NCBI GenBank assembly: GCA_038087875.1
Contig: CM075990.1
Span: 17,548,001-17,612,000 of the forward strand
Direction: 5' to 3'
Source: Malacoraja senta
Taxonomy: Eukaryota
DNA: 64,000 nt
Shown: positions 1-13,800 of the stretch, in pieces
How the letters are laid out: each line of letters opens with the position of its first letter
How positions within the stretch are numbered: the stretch's first letter is position 1
Notes under the pieces: generated by a model
What the model saw: only the letters and a program-made list of their open reading frames with translations
Database searches by the model: none
Told to the model about the DNA's origin: nothing
Translations under genes and position numbers: made by a program

Positions 1-60
1 CCTTCTTCTTCTTCTTCCGTATGGCGTGCACAGCCTAAAGTTGTCGGACAACTTGTTCTA
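1..60 (-). mobile_element. 5'-truncated copy of the (GAA)n-tailed short element
   Basis: cttcttc...cgtatggcgtgcacagcctaaagttgtcggacaacttgttcta matches the 3' half of 39689-39819. Confidence 0.75.
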
Positions 61-1712
61 TCCAGTCCAATCACACTGTACATGCGTACAATATACCTCT
101 TCTGGAACATCACGCTGAGAGACACCACTTTCCAGCACCATCTTGTGACTTCTAAGTCTCTAAAAAGTCCGATCGTGCCCCAAAGTGATGTACAAGTTGT
201 TGTATTTCTCACGTTAAGGCCTGGTGTCCTCGTGGCACTGGATCGATGAGGTTGGGGGTGAGCCTGGTGAATCTAATCCTGGAAATGCAGCGTAGGTTTT
301 AAACTGGGAGTGATGTGGAACAACTGATTTTACAATGGATGTTCTTAAATTATAACTGTGACCGCACTGAATGAGAACTTCATTAGCTAAAATGAATCTT
401 GGAAGGGGAATCAAAGATGCCATTGGTGATTGAACCTTTCCTTTCTCTATTAACAAAATGACCCATTTGGAGAGATTTTATCTTAAAAAGCACCAAGACG
501 TGGTGAACAAAACTAAACCATGCAGCTCGCAAGCGGGATTGTTTAGTTCCCTTCACCTCCAGGACCTTAGAATTTTATAAATAAACACAAGGCGAACTGC
601 GCTTTTCAAGCACGTCAGTCAAAAGATAAATCAGTTTAAACTCCGTTACAAATGGAAGGATGCTGATTCCAGTGACATTTTTGCCACAAATGTAATAAAT
701 GAGTATGGTAGCTTATACCTGTAGCTTTACTCATGCCTTAAATCATTTTTACGATGCAGAGGAGCTTGGAATGGAAACCTTGTGCCCAACTAAATCATAG
801 ATCCTAGAGCAAATGTATATTTAATTAAAAAAAGACAAAGCTCTGGAGCTAACTGGCTGAAGATTTCAACAAGAAACGTCACCTATCCATGTTCTCCAGA
901 GATGCTGCCTGACCCGCTGAGTTACGCCAGCACTTTGTGTCCTTTTTTGTAAACCAGCATCTGCAGTTCCTTGTGTCTACATTATTTAATTTACTGGATG
1001 AAGCAATGGATGAGATACTCACTGAGTATGGTTTAATGATCAGGGTAATATTTCAGGGGTCCAGTTAAGTTCATAAGTTGTAGGAACAGAATTAGGCCAT
1101 TCGGCCCATCAAGTCTACTTCGTCATTCAATCATGGCTGATCTACCTTCCCCCCCAACCCCATTCTTCTGCCTTCTCCCCATAATCTTTGACACCTGTAC
1201 TAATCAAGAATCTATCTATCTCCACCTTAAAAATATCCGTTGACTTGGCCTCCACAGGCGTCTGTGGCAATGAATTCCACAGATTCACCAACCTCTGACT
1301 AAAGAAATTCTTCCTCGTCCCCATTCTAAAGGTGCTTCACAAATTCTGTTTCATTGAACATGTTCAGTGACTGCCCTTGACCTGTGCCCTTGATTGTATT
1401 GACTGGATGTTGATTTGACTGGATAGCACACAAGCAAAAGCCTTTCACTACATCTCAGTACCTGTGACAATAATTAACCAACAGCTTGCTGTTTGTAATT
1501 GTCAACTCCACAAGCGACAGCTCATACCAGGGGGTGCGGTCTCAATTAAATGTCCAACTAATCATTATATGTATCACATTCTCGATAACTGGATGTCACA
1601 CATTGAGCATGGCTTTCATGTGTTGGAAGAGCAAGCCGACTGTAGTATATTCTGCCTCAATATCAGTAGCTATCAAGCCCCTGAATGCGTGAACATGGTT
1701 CCTGAAGGTAAA

Positions 1713-1895
1713 CACAAAATGCTGGAGTAACTCAGCGGGACAGGCAGCATCTCTGGAGAGAAGGAATGGGTGACACAAAATGCTGGAGTAACTCAGCGGG
1801 ACAGGCAGCATCTCTGGAGAGAAGGAATGGGTGACACAAAATGCTGGAGTAACTCAGCGGGACAGGCAGCATCTCTGGAGACAAGGAATGGGTGA
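1713..1895 (-). repeat. 61-bp tandem triplication of a Penelope repeat segment
   Basis: Units start at 1713, 1774 and 1835. Confidence 0.92.
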
Positions 1896-3672
1896 CCTGC
1901 AGTTCTTTCCTACAAAACATGTTTCTGACTTGGTTTCCGTGACATTTCCCAGCAATTGTTCTTCAAACCCTGGATCTTTGGAGTCTAAGGTGGGGTGAAA
2001 AGATGACAAAGACACAGCTGTCCTGGATCATAGAGCTTTGACATTCAGCGCTAGAGATGCAATCTGCCAAAGCCAGATATTTACAGGTGACGCTTTGCCA
2101 AAGAGATGACAAACATAAAGAGCACGTAGCCCGCCATGTCAGTGGGTGACGGAGCTAAGAAGGACCAGTCATTATTGGCGTCGGCTTCAAGAGGTATTTT
2201 CCTTTATGGGTTTAGGCTGGAATTCATCAGACCATAACCAGAAATTAGGAATTTGTTTTAATAGAAATATTCCCATACCAATAAAAATCTGAAAAGCAGC
2301 CTGAACTCTGTATCTCATCCAATGCTTCATAAAGGCAAGTTAAATAATACGTTGGATTTAGGATCTGTTATATCCCCGGGCAAGAAGCAACGACCATTCC
2401 TGTCAGAAGGAACTATTAACTAATTTCCCGACGTTTGCACGAAAACAAACCTCAACCCACTGCCAAGGCCTGATTTCTCCATTAGGGCCGTCTCTTTACA
2501 GACTGTTCCAATATTTTATAATAACTATTATGTTCAAACAAACTACTTGCTGTCATCTTTCACCTTAGAGACATAAACCAAAAGTGTTCTCTGATGTCCA
2601 GCCACAGAACCTGATGTCTTGAGACTCACTCTACTTCCAGTTAGTCTGACACGTCATGTACAACGACTGGAGGGTATTGCATGTGTTATATATGTGTTTG
2701 TATAATATATACTGTACAAATATTTCACTGAACCTTTCATCACCTTCAATGTAAAATTGATATTTGCTGTTACCTTATTCTTTCCAGCAGGGTTTAAAAA
2801 CTACTGATAAATGTTGTACTGCTTCCTCGATTTGGGGGAAACATTTCTCCCAGTGTGTAGGCTAATGTTTTTATTGTTCACAGTGAGGCCCCTGCAGATT
2901 CATTCCCAGCATTGCTTGCTTAACGCCACATCCAACCAAGGATCCGTTCTTGACAGCTACTTAGTTAAAGAGCTGGAAACCTCTCCTTGTGTCAGTGTTG
3001 GCTAAATAACTCTCTGCAGATGTACACTGGAGCTTGTATCCTTTCAGTCTCTTCTGCTTCTTACATACAACATAGAACAGTACAGATACAAAAAGCTAAA
3101 GCAACTCAGCGGGTCCAACAGCATCTCTGGAGAAAAGGAATAGATGATGTTTCGGCTCAAGACTCTTCTTCAGACTGAGAATCAGGGGCAAGGTAAACAA
3201 GAGACACTGAAGGTACATAGAACAAATGAACGATAGATATGCCAGAAGCATTGATGATCAAGGAACAGTGGACCCTGACACCCCTCCTCCCCATCCCACC
3301 CCCCCCTTCCCCCCTAAAATTAATGTCTGTAACTGTCCAAGACTCAAGTGGCCCAATTGTAAGGATCTTGCAATTGAGAGTATGGGCCTTCATGAGTGGT
3401 GATAAATTTGATGGATGGAGGTAAAAGATCAGGGAAACCTGGTTGCAATGTAGTTATATCATCGTCCACTAATGCCTAGAAATCTGGAGGCTATTGCAAG
3501 ATTATTTGGCTCCCACGTATGGCATCCATCTCAGTGTCAGTGTCGGGAAGCTGCGTAGCTCAGCAGACTCTTGGTGCAACACCCAATGAAAATTTAAAGT
3601 TGAACAAGTTAAATTAACAATGTTATTTTCATCTCCTTTTTTTATTTATAGCCCTTGAGACAGGCACATGGA

Positions 3673-4846
3673 CATAGAAACATAGAAGCATAGAAAATAG
3701 GTGCAGGAGTAGGCCATTCGGCCCTTCGAGCCTGCACCGCCATTCAATATGATCATGGCTGATCATCCAACAGTATCCTGTACCTGCTTTCTCTTCATAC
3801 CCCCTGATCCCTTTAGCCACAAGGGCCACATCTAACTCCCTCTTAAATATAGCCAATGAACTGGCCTCAACTACCTTCTGTGGCAGAGAATTCCAGAGAT
3901 TCACCACTCTCTGTGTAAAAAATGTTTTTCTCATCTCAGTTCTAAAAGATTTCCCCTTTATCCTTAAACTGCGACCCCTTGTTCTGGACTCCCCCAACAT
4001 CGGGAACAATCTTCCTGCATCTAGCCTGTCCAACCCCTTAAGAATTTTGCAAGTTTCTATAAGATCCCCCCTCAGTCTTCTAAATTCCAGCGAGTACAAG
4101 CTGAGTCTATCCAGTCTTTCCTCATATGAAAGTCCTGACATCCCAGGAATCAGTCTGGTGAACCTTCTCTGTACTCCCTCTATGGCAAGAATGTCCTTCC
4201 TCAGATTAGGAGACCAAAACTGTACGCAATACTCCAGGTGTGGTCTCACCAAGACCCTGTACAACTGCAGTAGAACCTCCCTGCTCCTATACTCAAATCC
4301 TTTTGCTACGAATGCTAACATACCATTCGCTTTCTTCACTGCCTGCTGCACCTGCATGCCCACTTTCAATGACTGGTGTACCATGACACCCAGGTCTCGT
4401 TGCATCTCCCCTTTTCCTAATCGGCCACCATTCAGGTAATAGTCTACTTTCCTGTTTTTGCCACCAAAGTGGATAACCTCACATTTATCCACATTATACT
4501 GCATCTGCCATGCATTTGCCCACTCACCCAGCCTATCCAAGTCATCTTGCAGCCTCCTAGCACCCTCCTCACAGCTAACACTGCCCCCCAGCTTTGTGTC
4601 ATCTGCAAACTCGGAGATGTTGCATTCAATTCCCTCGTCCAGATCATTAATATATATTGTAAATAGCTGAGGTCCCCCACTAGTCACTGCCTGCCATTCT
4701 GAAAAAGACCCGTTTACTCCTACTCTTTGCTTCCTGTCTGCCAGCCAGTTCTCTATCCACATCAATACTGAACCCCCAATACCATGTGCTTTAAGTTTGT
4801 ATATTAATCTCTTATGTGGGACCTTGTCGAAAGCCTTCTGAAAGTC
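3673..4846 (-). mobile_element. CR1 LINE 3' fragment (RT C-terminal part), 5'-truncated
   Basis: ORF 3629-4765 has FADDTKL, LVRPHLEYCVQFWSP and RVVNLWNSLP; short deletion in the GVPQGSVL motif; (TTTCTATG)n tail. Confidence 0.93.
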
Positions 4847-7800
4847 GACATGCTGAGAATGGAGGGATATGGATCACGTGCAGGCAGATAAGATTAGTTT
4901 AACTTGGCATCAAGTTTGGCATGGACATTGTGGGCTGAAGGGCCTGTTCCTGTGCTGTATTGTCTTATGTTCCAACCCATGAAATTTACAATGCCATCAG
5001 GACTAGTTATACTATACATGCTAACCAATCTTAATAACTCAGCCAATATATTGCCCTGCTTAAATACAAGGATATAATTTTGATTTATTAATTGTTTCAG
5101 TTTTGACAAATATATACTTTAGTATGAAATAAGTATAATATTTCTGGCAACATGCTTAACGTTGAATCAAAGAATGAGTAATAAAGAAAACAAGTTCCTG
5201 ATAGTGGATTCTGTGAAGCTAATCACAAGCGAGTGCTTGGAAACAGAACCATTTATTAGTATAGGTATAGTAGATGGATTTGAATTTAATAAACCCAGCC
5301 TGGAAATGTGCAGAGAAGGGATAAGCATTATTAATTATTTTGAATCCTGAACATCTGTAATAGATTATCGTAACGTAGCCTGTGGCAATACATTTTTGAA
5401 TTAAAGCTGATAATAATTTATTAGCACTCAATATAAACTAGAGAGTTAGCAATCTCACTACTACAATAACCTTCCAAAACTCAACCATATTTATACATGG
5501 GAGACCAGGAAGGTAATTGTTATGAATTGGCCTCTCTCCCACCACTCTACACACACCAGACGCAGTGTAAAATGGAGCCTGGATCTTCTGTGAACGTTTT
5601 GAATGGGACAGTGTGTCAAATCACTAACAAAGCCATGGAGCAATGCCCTGAGACACAGCCCATCACACTCACCCACTTCATCCACCCAGCCAGTCCATTC
5701 AAACTCATTCAGATGGAGAGCAAATGTGCAGAAGCTGAAAGCCACAAGGAACTTGCAGTACAATATCAGATAATATTAGACTTTGTTTATTGTGATGAAT
5801 AGTCCCACAAGCTACGAATCTTGTGCAATGTTTATTAATTTTGTGAAATATAAACTTCAGAAACCCGTGGCTGGGAGGTTAGGAATGCAGGAAAAAAATA
5901 AAATCACAAGAGTCAAGACTGTTTACTTGTCATATGTAGTGGCAACAGAATAATGACATTGTTGACACAAGGAACTGCAGATGCTTGCTTACCAAAAAAA
6001 GACACAAAGTGTTGGAGTTACCCAGTGGCTCACCAGGCCCACACTCAGTAGAGGTCTCCTGGACCCTTGGCTTGCAGGTAATGTTAGTGGTCAGCGTGAA
6101 TATTGCCATGAATAACCTCCACTGATTGGGGGAAATCCAGACAAAGATGCCATGATATAACTTTACAAGTAAGTTGGGGACACAAGAAACTGCAGATGCC
6201 GGAATCTTGAGTAAAGCGCAAAGTACTGGAAGAACTCAACAGGCCAGACAGCACCTGTGGAGGGAATGGATGATTGGGCTGTTCAGGGGGCATTAGGAAA
6301 CATTTATTAATACAACGTGCGATGGAAATCTAAAACGCCTCCCGCCAAAACTTGTTACGGTTAGAGTAAAGGGGGGTTATTTATTGACAATTTCAAGCAG
6401 AGTTAGTTAGGATTTTCAGTGGGCAAAGTTGCTAAGGATTATGGAGCCAAGCTGGTTAATGAAGTTAATGAAGTTAAGACACAGATAATCCACTTTAGTA
6501 ATCAAGGGATGGAACAGGCAATGGTGGTCAGTGGGTCACCAAACTGAAGGCTCATTGACTTGAAATGTTGGCGGTGGTTCTCTTTCCACAGGTGCTGCCT
6601 GACCTGTTGAATACGCCCATCATTTTCGTATTTATTTCAGGTTTCTAGCTTCTGCAGAATGTTATCTTTAGTCTATTCCTGCTCTCGGCTCCTTCCTTAT
6701 TTTGTCATCAGAGCCCTACTCCACTAATCCAACAAGTCATCAATCACATCAGGACAAGGCAGGAGATGCCACCCATCCGCTTGGTGTGGACTAACAACTC
6801 TCAGTCAATCATGCTTTCACAGTACTATCAATCTGTTATAAATATCTCACAATCTAAATAACGCATTAGGACATGAAGTGCTGAATAACTCAGCAGGTCA
6901 GGTGGCATCTCTTGAGAACATGGATAGATGTCAACTTTTTTGTTGGTTCAAGAGCCTTCTTCAGACTAAATGACTCATTGCAAGAACAGGTCTTGGCCAT
7001 ACTTTCTTAATTCCTGGATTACAAACCATTGACTATTGATTTTCAAATGCAGTTACCATGAAATCAAGAATAGCAGCATGTCTATTGGAATTGAGGCAAC
7101 ATTCGGTACTTGTGAGGGACAATGGTTTTAGCATTGAAGGTAATTTGCTACTGTCCTGACTGCATGGGTCACTTCCTAGACTGTGTCACACAACCCCCAA
7201 CCTGCACTTTGTTACAGATGTAAGTAGAAAGCAAAAGTAACCTTGAATATCAACATTACAGGCGATCTACTGATATCCACCTTGCATCAGGCCTTTGTAA
7301 ACAGCTGCAAGGTAGTTTACAGCGCCTGTCAGGAAACACTCGAGTGGCGGTAAAAGGCAAAACCTTATTAGCGATCTTACAACATGCAAGAGAAATACCA
7401 CAGGAGGTTCAATTAAACATTACTTTCCATCAAACTATTTGCAAAAAATCAAGGAAAAGTGTAATTCTTAATTTGGTAAATCATAAACACTCTGAATGTA
7501 ATCAGCTCATGGTACGGTGTTGCACGAGGGGAAGCTGCAAGCATCACTCAAGAAATGCAAAGGCTATTGATTTTGGTGTTAGAGGTTTCAAAGGTCTGTT
7601 TATTGTCACGTGTACCAATAAAGGTACAGTGAATCCAGTTGTGGCTTTATAAATGTATCATCTGTTTCAGCCTCTTGGACCTCCGGGACATTTACAAGAT
7701 TCCCACCTTAATAAACAATGCTTCCAAATGTTTTCACATCTTTATTCAATCAATGAAAGTAGAATTAAGGATGCCAAAAACTCATGATTAGTGACATGTA

Positions 7801-10800
7801 AATACGAGCATCATGAATCAGTCGCTTGGGGGATCAGTGTTGACTTCAGGTTTAACTGTTTGGAAGTACAAGTTGGATTGGAGTGGCAGGGAGTGAACCA
7901 TGAACCTGGAGCTGTGGGACCTCCCTGTGAATCAGCCGGTGTGTACGTTTACAACGGTGATGACAGCAGGTTGCAGTCTTCAATCATCACTGAAGGAGAT
8001 CGCCAGTGCCTCAATTTGTAAATGCTTTGCCTGCTTTATAAACCAGGATTTATAGAGACGGTGCAGTCCCAAGACTAGCCTTAAATAGCTGACCTCACAC
8101 GACATTTCAATAGAACAACTCTTACCCGACCTCTGGCCTGCCCTGGAGGTCAAGTAATATAAAGAGGATGACTGGTCTGGTATCAGTCAAGATGTCCAAT
8201 TAGTCTCAATGATATGGACTGAAACAGGAAATGTTAACGTATCTTGTCTTTGATTTCTATCCAAAATTCCTGTTGAAAGTTGGTTGGGAACAGATTATCT
8301 TCAGCTGTGTGGGATTGGTAATGCGGCTTGTTGACACTTGGGAGATCTTTTTCTTAAATCTTTGAACATTGGGCAAGAAACCTTGCCTTTTGGTAGCAGG
8401 GGTACAATGGTAACGAGTTCAATGAAGACTCGAAAGCCTCATGTACATAGACACTCGGAATATCCACAGTGTAGAAGGCAGTCAAGCCTTCACACAAAGG
8501 GGGAGAACTTCAAATGTTCACCCCTCCATGGTGGAGAGTGGCATCATGAACAGAGCAGGAGCAAGCACCAGGGACAAAAAGTCATCTCCACCACTTACTG
8601 GAAAAGCTTTGGAACAAATCCAGAATGGGAAAGAAAATACATTTTTACAAAGGAACCATAGATATTGGATAAGAAGTGACTCGGTTCAGCAGTGGCAGGC
8701 ATTGTCATGGTCTCCCTGAACACTGTAGATTGTTGGGTTGATTATATCCTATAGTAATATGCAAGTTGAAACATCTCAACACATGCTGCTGTGAAGTTAT
8801 GGAACAATAGGGTATAAAAGGAGAACTCATCTCTCTGCCTTTGTTCAGGATGTAACTAAGGTGCATTTCCATCCATTAAGTGCTCTTACATCCTGCTAAA
8901 AATAGGGCGAGATAAATGAACGTGATTTATGGCCATCAGAAAGGTTCTCAAGACTTTTCACAACTCCCTGGAGATAACTAATCCCAGCCATTTATCACAT
9001 ACACTCAAAACTATGCTTTCATAGAAAGAGGAACTCAATATCATAACTCAAATCTCAGCGAGGTGATCTGCATTAAACAAAGTTGCCACATTTCTCCAAT
9101 TGGCTTTGACTCCAATTCCTCTTTAAATTGAATCAATCCACTGCAAGCATCAATGGAACAGTTCTCGCAGCATTGCTTTGATTTTATGATTCAGCGTTTG
9201 AAAGTGCACATATCTTGTGTTAAGTGTTTTGCTGTTTATATAAAACTGGGGAGAAATGTGATACATAGAGTGCAGCTTGTGCCACACTCCCTGAACGTTA
9301 CATCCTTTGTGAAACTTCATCAACATTTAGAGGAAACAGTTTGCAAAGAGCAAAGTCTATTGATCCTCGAACCCAAGAACATCATCAGCTGCTCCACGTT
9401 CTCCCAGACTAACGCTGAATGCATGGGTTGGCCACACATCCTGTTGTTGGTGATGTTGCTCTTTCCACTAACGCTCTGAACTTGGCAGCGATCTACATTG
9501 ATTCCTGGAATTGGCTGTTGCCGTAGATCAGATCAATGAAGCAACAAATGAGTCTGCCTTTGCGATGACCATAAGTGGTGCGTGGGTGTTGGTCAGCACC
9601 ACCTTTGGTTCTTCTTCCTGCAAGAAACTGTCCAGTATTCCTACACCTTCCCACTTCACAACACTTCCCACAGGCACCCTGCCTCGGGAACGCAGACGTA
9701 CAACCAAGGGCCATTCACACAACAGTCATTCCCTCTCCTTCTCTCTCCCATTGGGCAGAAGGTACAAAAACTGGAAAATTGGCCAGATTCAAAAGCACCT
9801 TGTAGAAACAAGGACCTGCAGTTGTTGGTTCACCAAGGCAAGACACACTGGAGCATTGGAGGTAGAGAGGTGTACAAGATATTGAGGGGCATGGATGAAG
9901 TGAATGCTCACAGCCTTTTCCCCAGGTTAGAGGATTCTAAATCTAGAGGGCAGCGGCTTGAGGTGAGAGGAAAGAGCACCTCAGGGACAACCTTTCCTCT
10001 CAGCAGGTATCTGGAATGAGCTGCCAGAGGAAGCTTTGGAATTAGATGGAATTATGATATTTAAAATACTTTTAGGAAGGATATCAAGGGATATGGGCAA
10101 GCCCAATACTCCAACTTGGTCAGCACGGACAAGGTGGGCCGAAGGGCCAGTTTCCGTGCTGTATAGCTTTATGAATGTATAACCACAATTGAATATTCCT
10201 GTCAGTCACAGAGTTGAAACATTACAATATTAAGAGCTAATGGAATCCAGGTCTGTTTTAATGCCATTTATTGCTACTTCAATTTGTATTTGGTTTCACT
10301 GACAGATACACTTTTTTTTACATAACTACAATTTTATTTTTCTCCCGTATCACTCCAGTCTCCCACTGCTTTACTAACACAAATCTAATTTGTTCTTTTT
10401 ACGAAAATAAACTTGCTCTGTTTTCAATCATCTGACATTTGCATTAAATGTAACGTCAGAAGATAGACACAAAAAGCTGAGGTAACTCAGAGGGGCAGGC
10501 AGCAACTCTGGAGAGAAGGACTGGGTGACGTTTCAGATCGAGACCCTTCACCAGTCTGAAGAAGGGTCTCGATCCAAACCGTCACCAATTCCTTCTCTCC
10601 AGAGTTGCTGCCTGTCTCGCTTAGTTACTCCAGCATGTTGTGTCCATCTTCGGTTTAAACCAGCATTTGCAGTTCCTTCCTACACATATGTAAAGTCAGG
10701 ATGTGTTGAAGTAGTGAGTGGAAGGAGAGGATGAAGTGTCCTGTGAGAGCCCACTGCACATGAACCAACCCAAAGCCTACCCCCCACTGTCCAGGGATCA

Positions 10801-13800
10801 GTAGCTGCATCCTAAAGTGGCAAGCCATTGACTCCATCTACACCTCATGCTGCCTCGGCAAAGGCAGCAGCATAATCAAGGACCAGTCTCACCCCCGGTC
10901 ACTCCCTCTTCTCCCCTCTCCCATCATACAACAGGTACAGAAGTGTGAAAACGCACATCTCCAGATTCAGGGACAGTTTCTTCCCAGCTGTTATCAGGCA
11001 ACTGAACCATCCTACCACAACTAGAAAGCAGTGCTGAACTACTATCTACCTCATTGGTGACCCTCGCACTGTCTTTGATCAGACTTTGCTGGCTTTACCT
11101 TGCACTAAACGTTATTCCCTTATCATGTATCTGTACACTGTAAATGGCTCAATTGTAATCATGTATTGTCTTTCTGCTGACTGGTTAGCACGCAACAAAA
11201 GCTTCTGACTGTACTTCGATAAACTAAACTAAAGCCATCCTTGCATTTGGTCTGCAGAGCCACCATGTCAGATTGAAATCCCATCTGAGGCAAGGCATCA
11301 GGTACAAGTGGTACAATAGTGTGGTGATTTAGTTACAGAGTATTAAAACTACACAGCATGGAAACTGGCCCTTCAGCCCAACATGTCCATACTGGCCAAG
11401 ATGTCTACCTGAGCTGCTCACATTCACCTCCATTTTGCCCATATCCCTCTGAACATTTTCTTTGCATTCACCTATCTAAATGTGTTATAAATTGTAATTA
11501 TATCCTCCTCTGGCAGCTCGTTCCACAGGCTCACACCCTCTGTGTGAAAATGTTGCCCCCATCAGATTCATTTTAAATCTTTCCCCTCTCGCCTTAAATC
11601 TATGCCGTTTAGTTTTAGGCGCCCCTTTTAGACACAAGGAAAACGACTGTAAAAAATCCACCTGATCCTTTTCCCTCACAATTTCTAAACCTCCGTAAGG
11701 TCATCCATTAACCTCCTATGCTCCAGTGAAAACAGCCCAGCCGATCTGGTCTGCTTATAACTCAATCTTCCAGCCCAACAACATCCTCATGAATCTACTC
11801 TGCATCCTTTCCAGTGCCAGTAATTGACTTGGGTATTGGCCTAGCTTCCTGTTAGCTGAGGAATTTAAACTAAGCTGACTAATAAATCACAAATTAAAAA
11901 AGCTAGTCCTTCAGTCTACCATCTGTACCTTGTCTGAACACTGACACTTTTTCATCTCAGTGGTTCTTTACATTGGAGATGGTCAATAACTACTGGCCCT
12001 GCCAGTGGCACCAACCCAACTTGTGTTTGGATGCAACTACCAGCAAGCATCGCTCTTCATCTTGAATAACTGTCTGTCAAGCACCCCAGACTCACTAGAA
12101 GAACATTGGCAAATGGGGCAAGCCCTAAACTAGAGGTTGCCTTGTCCACCAGGACTGCTCATTGGGTCACACGACAAGGGCCAAGGTAAACCATCACCAA
12201 ATGCCATCTCAAAAGGAGTCTCTTTAATTTCACCAAGTGTAAGGACATCAAACAGACAAATATATAAGGAATGCCGAGAAAGTGATCAAATGGGAGTTAC
12301 CAGAAACGCCAAGTTGAGAAAACATGGAACACAGAACAGTACATCCCAGAAACAGGTCCTTCAGTCCACAATGTCTGTGCCAAACATGTTAAACTAATCT
12401 CCCCTTCCTGCACGTGATCCATATCCCTCTGCATTCTTTCAATAGACAATAGGTGCAGGAGTAGGCCATTCGGCCCTTCGAGCCAGCACCGCCATTCAAT
12501 GTGATCATGGCTGATCATCCACAATCAGTACCCCGTTCCTGCCTTCTCCCCATAACCCCTGACTCCACTATCTTTAAGAGCCCTATCTAGCTCTCTCTTG
12601 AAAGTATCCAGAGAATCCTCCTCCACCGCCCTCTGAGCCAGAGAATTCCACTTTCGATTTCCATGTGTTTATCTGAAAGCCTCTGTCATATCTGCCTCCA
12701 CCTCCATCCCTGGCAGTGAGTTCCATGCACCCACCACTGGGTAATACATGTCCCACACATCTTTAAAATGTCATCCACTGACCATAAAACGGTGCTCTCT
12801 AGTCTTTGACCGTTCCACCTGCGAACAATGTTCTGACCGTTTGCCCTATCTATGTCTCTCATCGTTTTATATACATCTCTAAGTCTCTCCTCAACTTCCT
12901 ACACCCCAGAGAAGCCAATCCAAATTTGATGATTATTTAGACAAGTGATGTCTAATACTCCATGTGGTGGAGTGTCCACAGAACAGGAACATTTATCAGG
13001 AGTTAGAAGTAAGAAGGGAAAGCCATAGAAGGGAAAAGGTTGGGGGGAGAAGTGGGAAGAGGTCATCAGATTCTAAGAGGGATGATGGGTTAATTGTGAA
13101 TTGAGAGAGAGGTGAGATGCCAGGTGGACTGAGATAATTTCAACGGAGGTGAGGTTTATGGTCCAAGGACCACAATTTACAGAGGAAAGTGCTGATGTCA
13201 ACTAACGTAGCAACAGCAACATCACTGTTTAGTCAAGAAACACATTGGAGGTTTAGGATCTGCAACTTGCTAGTTATGGAAGGGCAGTCCAGTGAGTTAT
13301 ACTTCCAACAGTAGCCATGGACAAAACACAAAGCGCTGGAGGATGTCAGCGGGTCAGGCAGCATCTGTGGAAGGTATGGACAGGTGATGTTTCGTTTCAG
13401 GACCCTTCTTCGGACTGATGGCACTGTCTTGCAGTATGAAAGGTGAACTATACTTCTCACCGACTGCCAAGGTCACCTCTTGATTCACTTTTGGAATGAG
13501 GCAGTAAATGATCAAACTGTAAGTCTCTGCCGACATTAGCGGGTCGCTAACTGCAAGATTTCACTGTGCCGTCATTAAAAACTGTCCATGTGATGCAGAT
13601 TTTGTAGCAGAACTAATTCAAAAGCCTGCACTTAGATCACTGTCATATAACATGGAAACAAGCTCTTCGGTCCACGATGACCAAGACTCCTCAAGTACAC
13701 TAGTCTCACCTGCCCATGATTGGCACCTTTCCCATCCATGTACCTGTCCAGGTGTTTTTCAATTGCTGTTTTTATACCTGTCCCCTCTGGCAGCTCGTTC

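Noticed and set aside
5497..5802. 101-aa ORF in unique sequence
   Set aside because: No recognisable motif or splice support.
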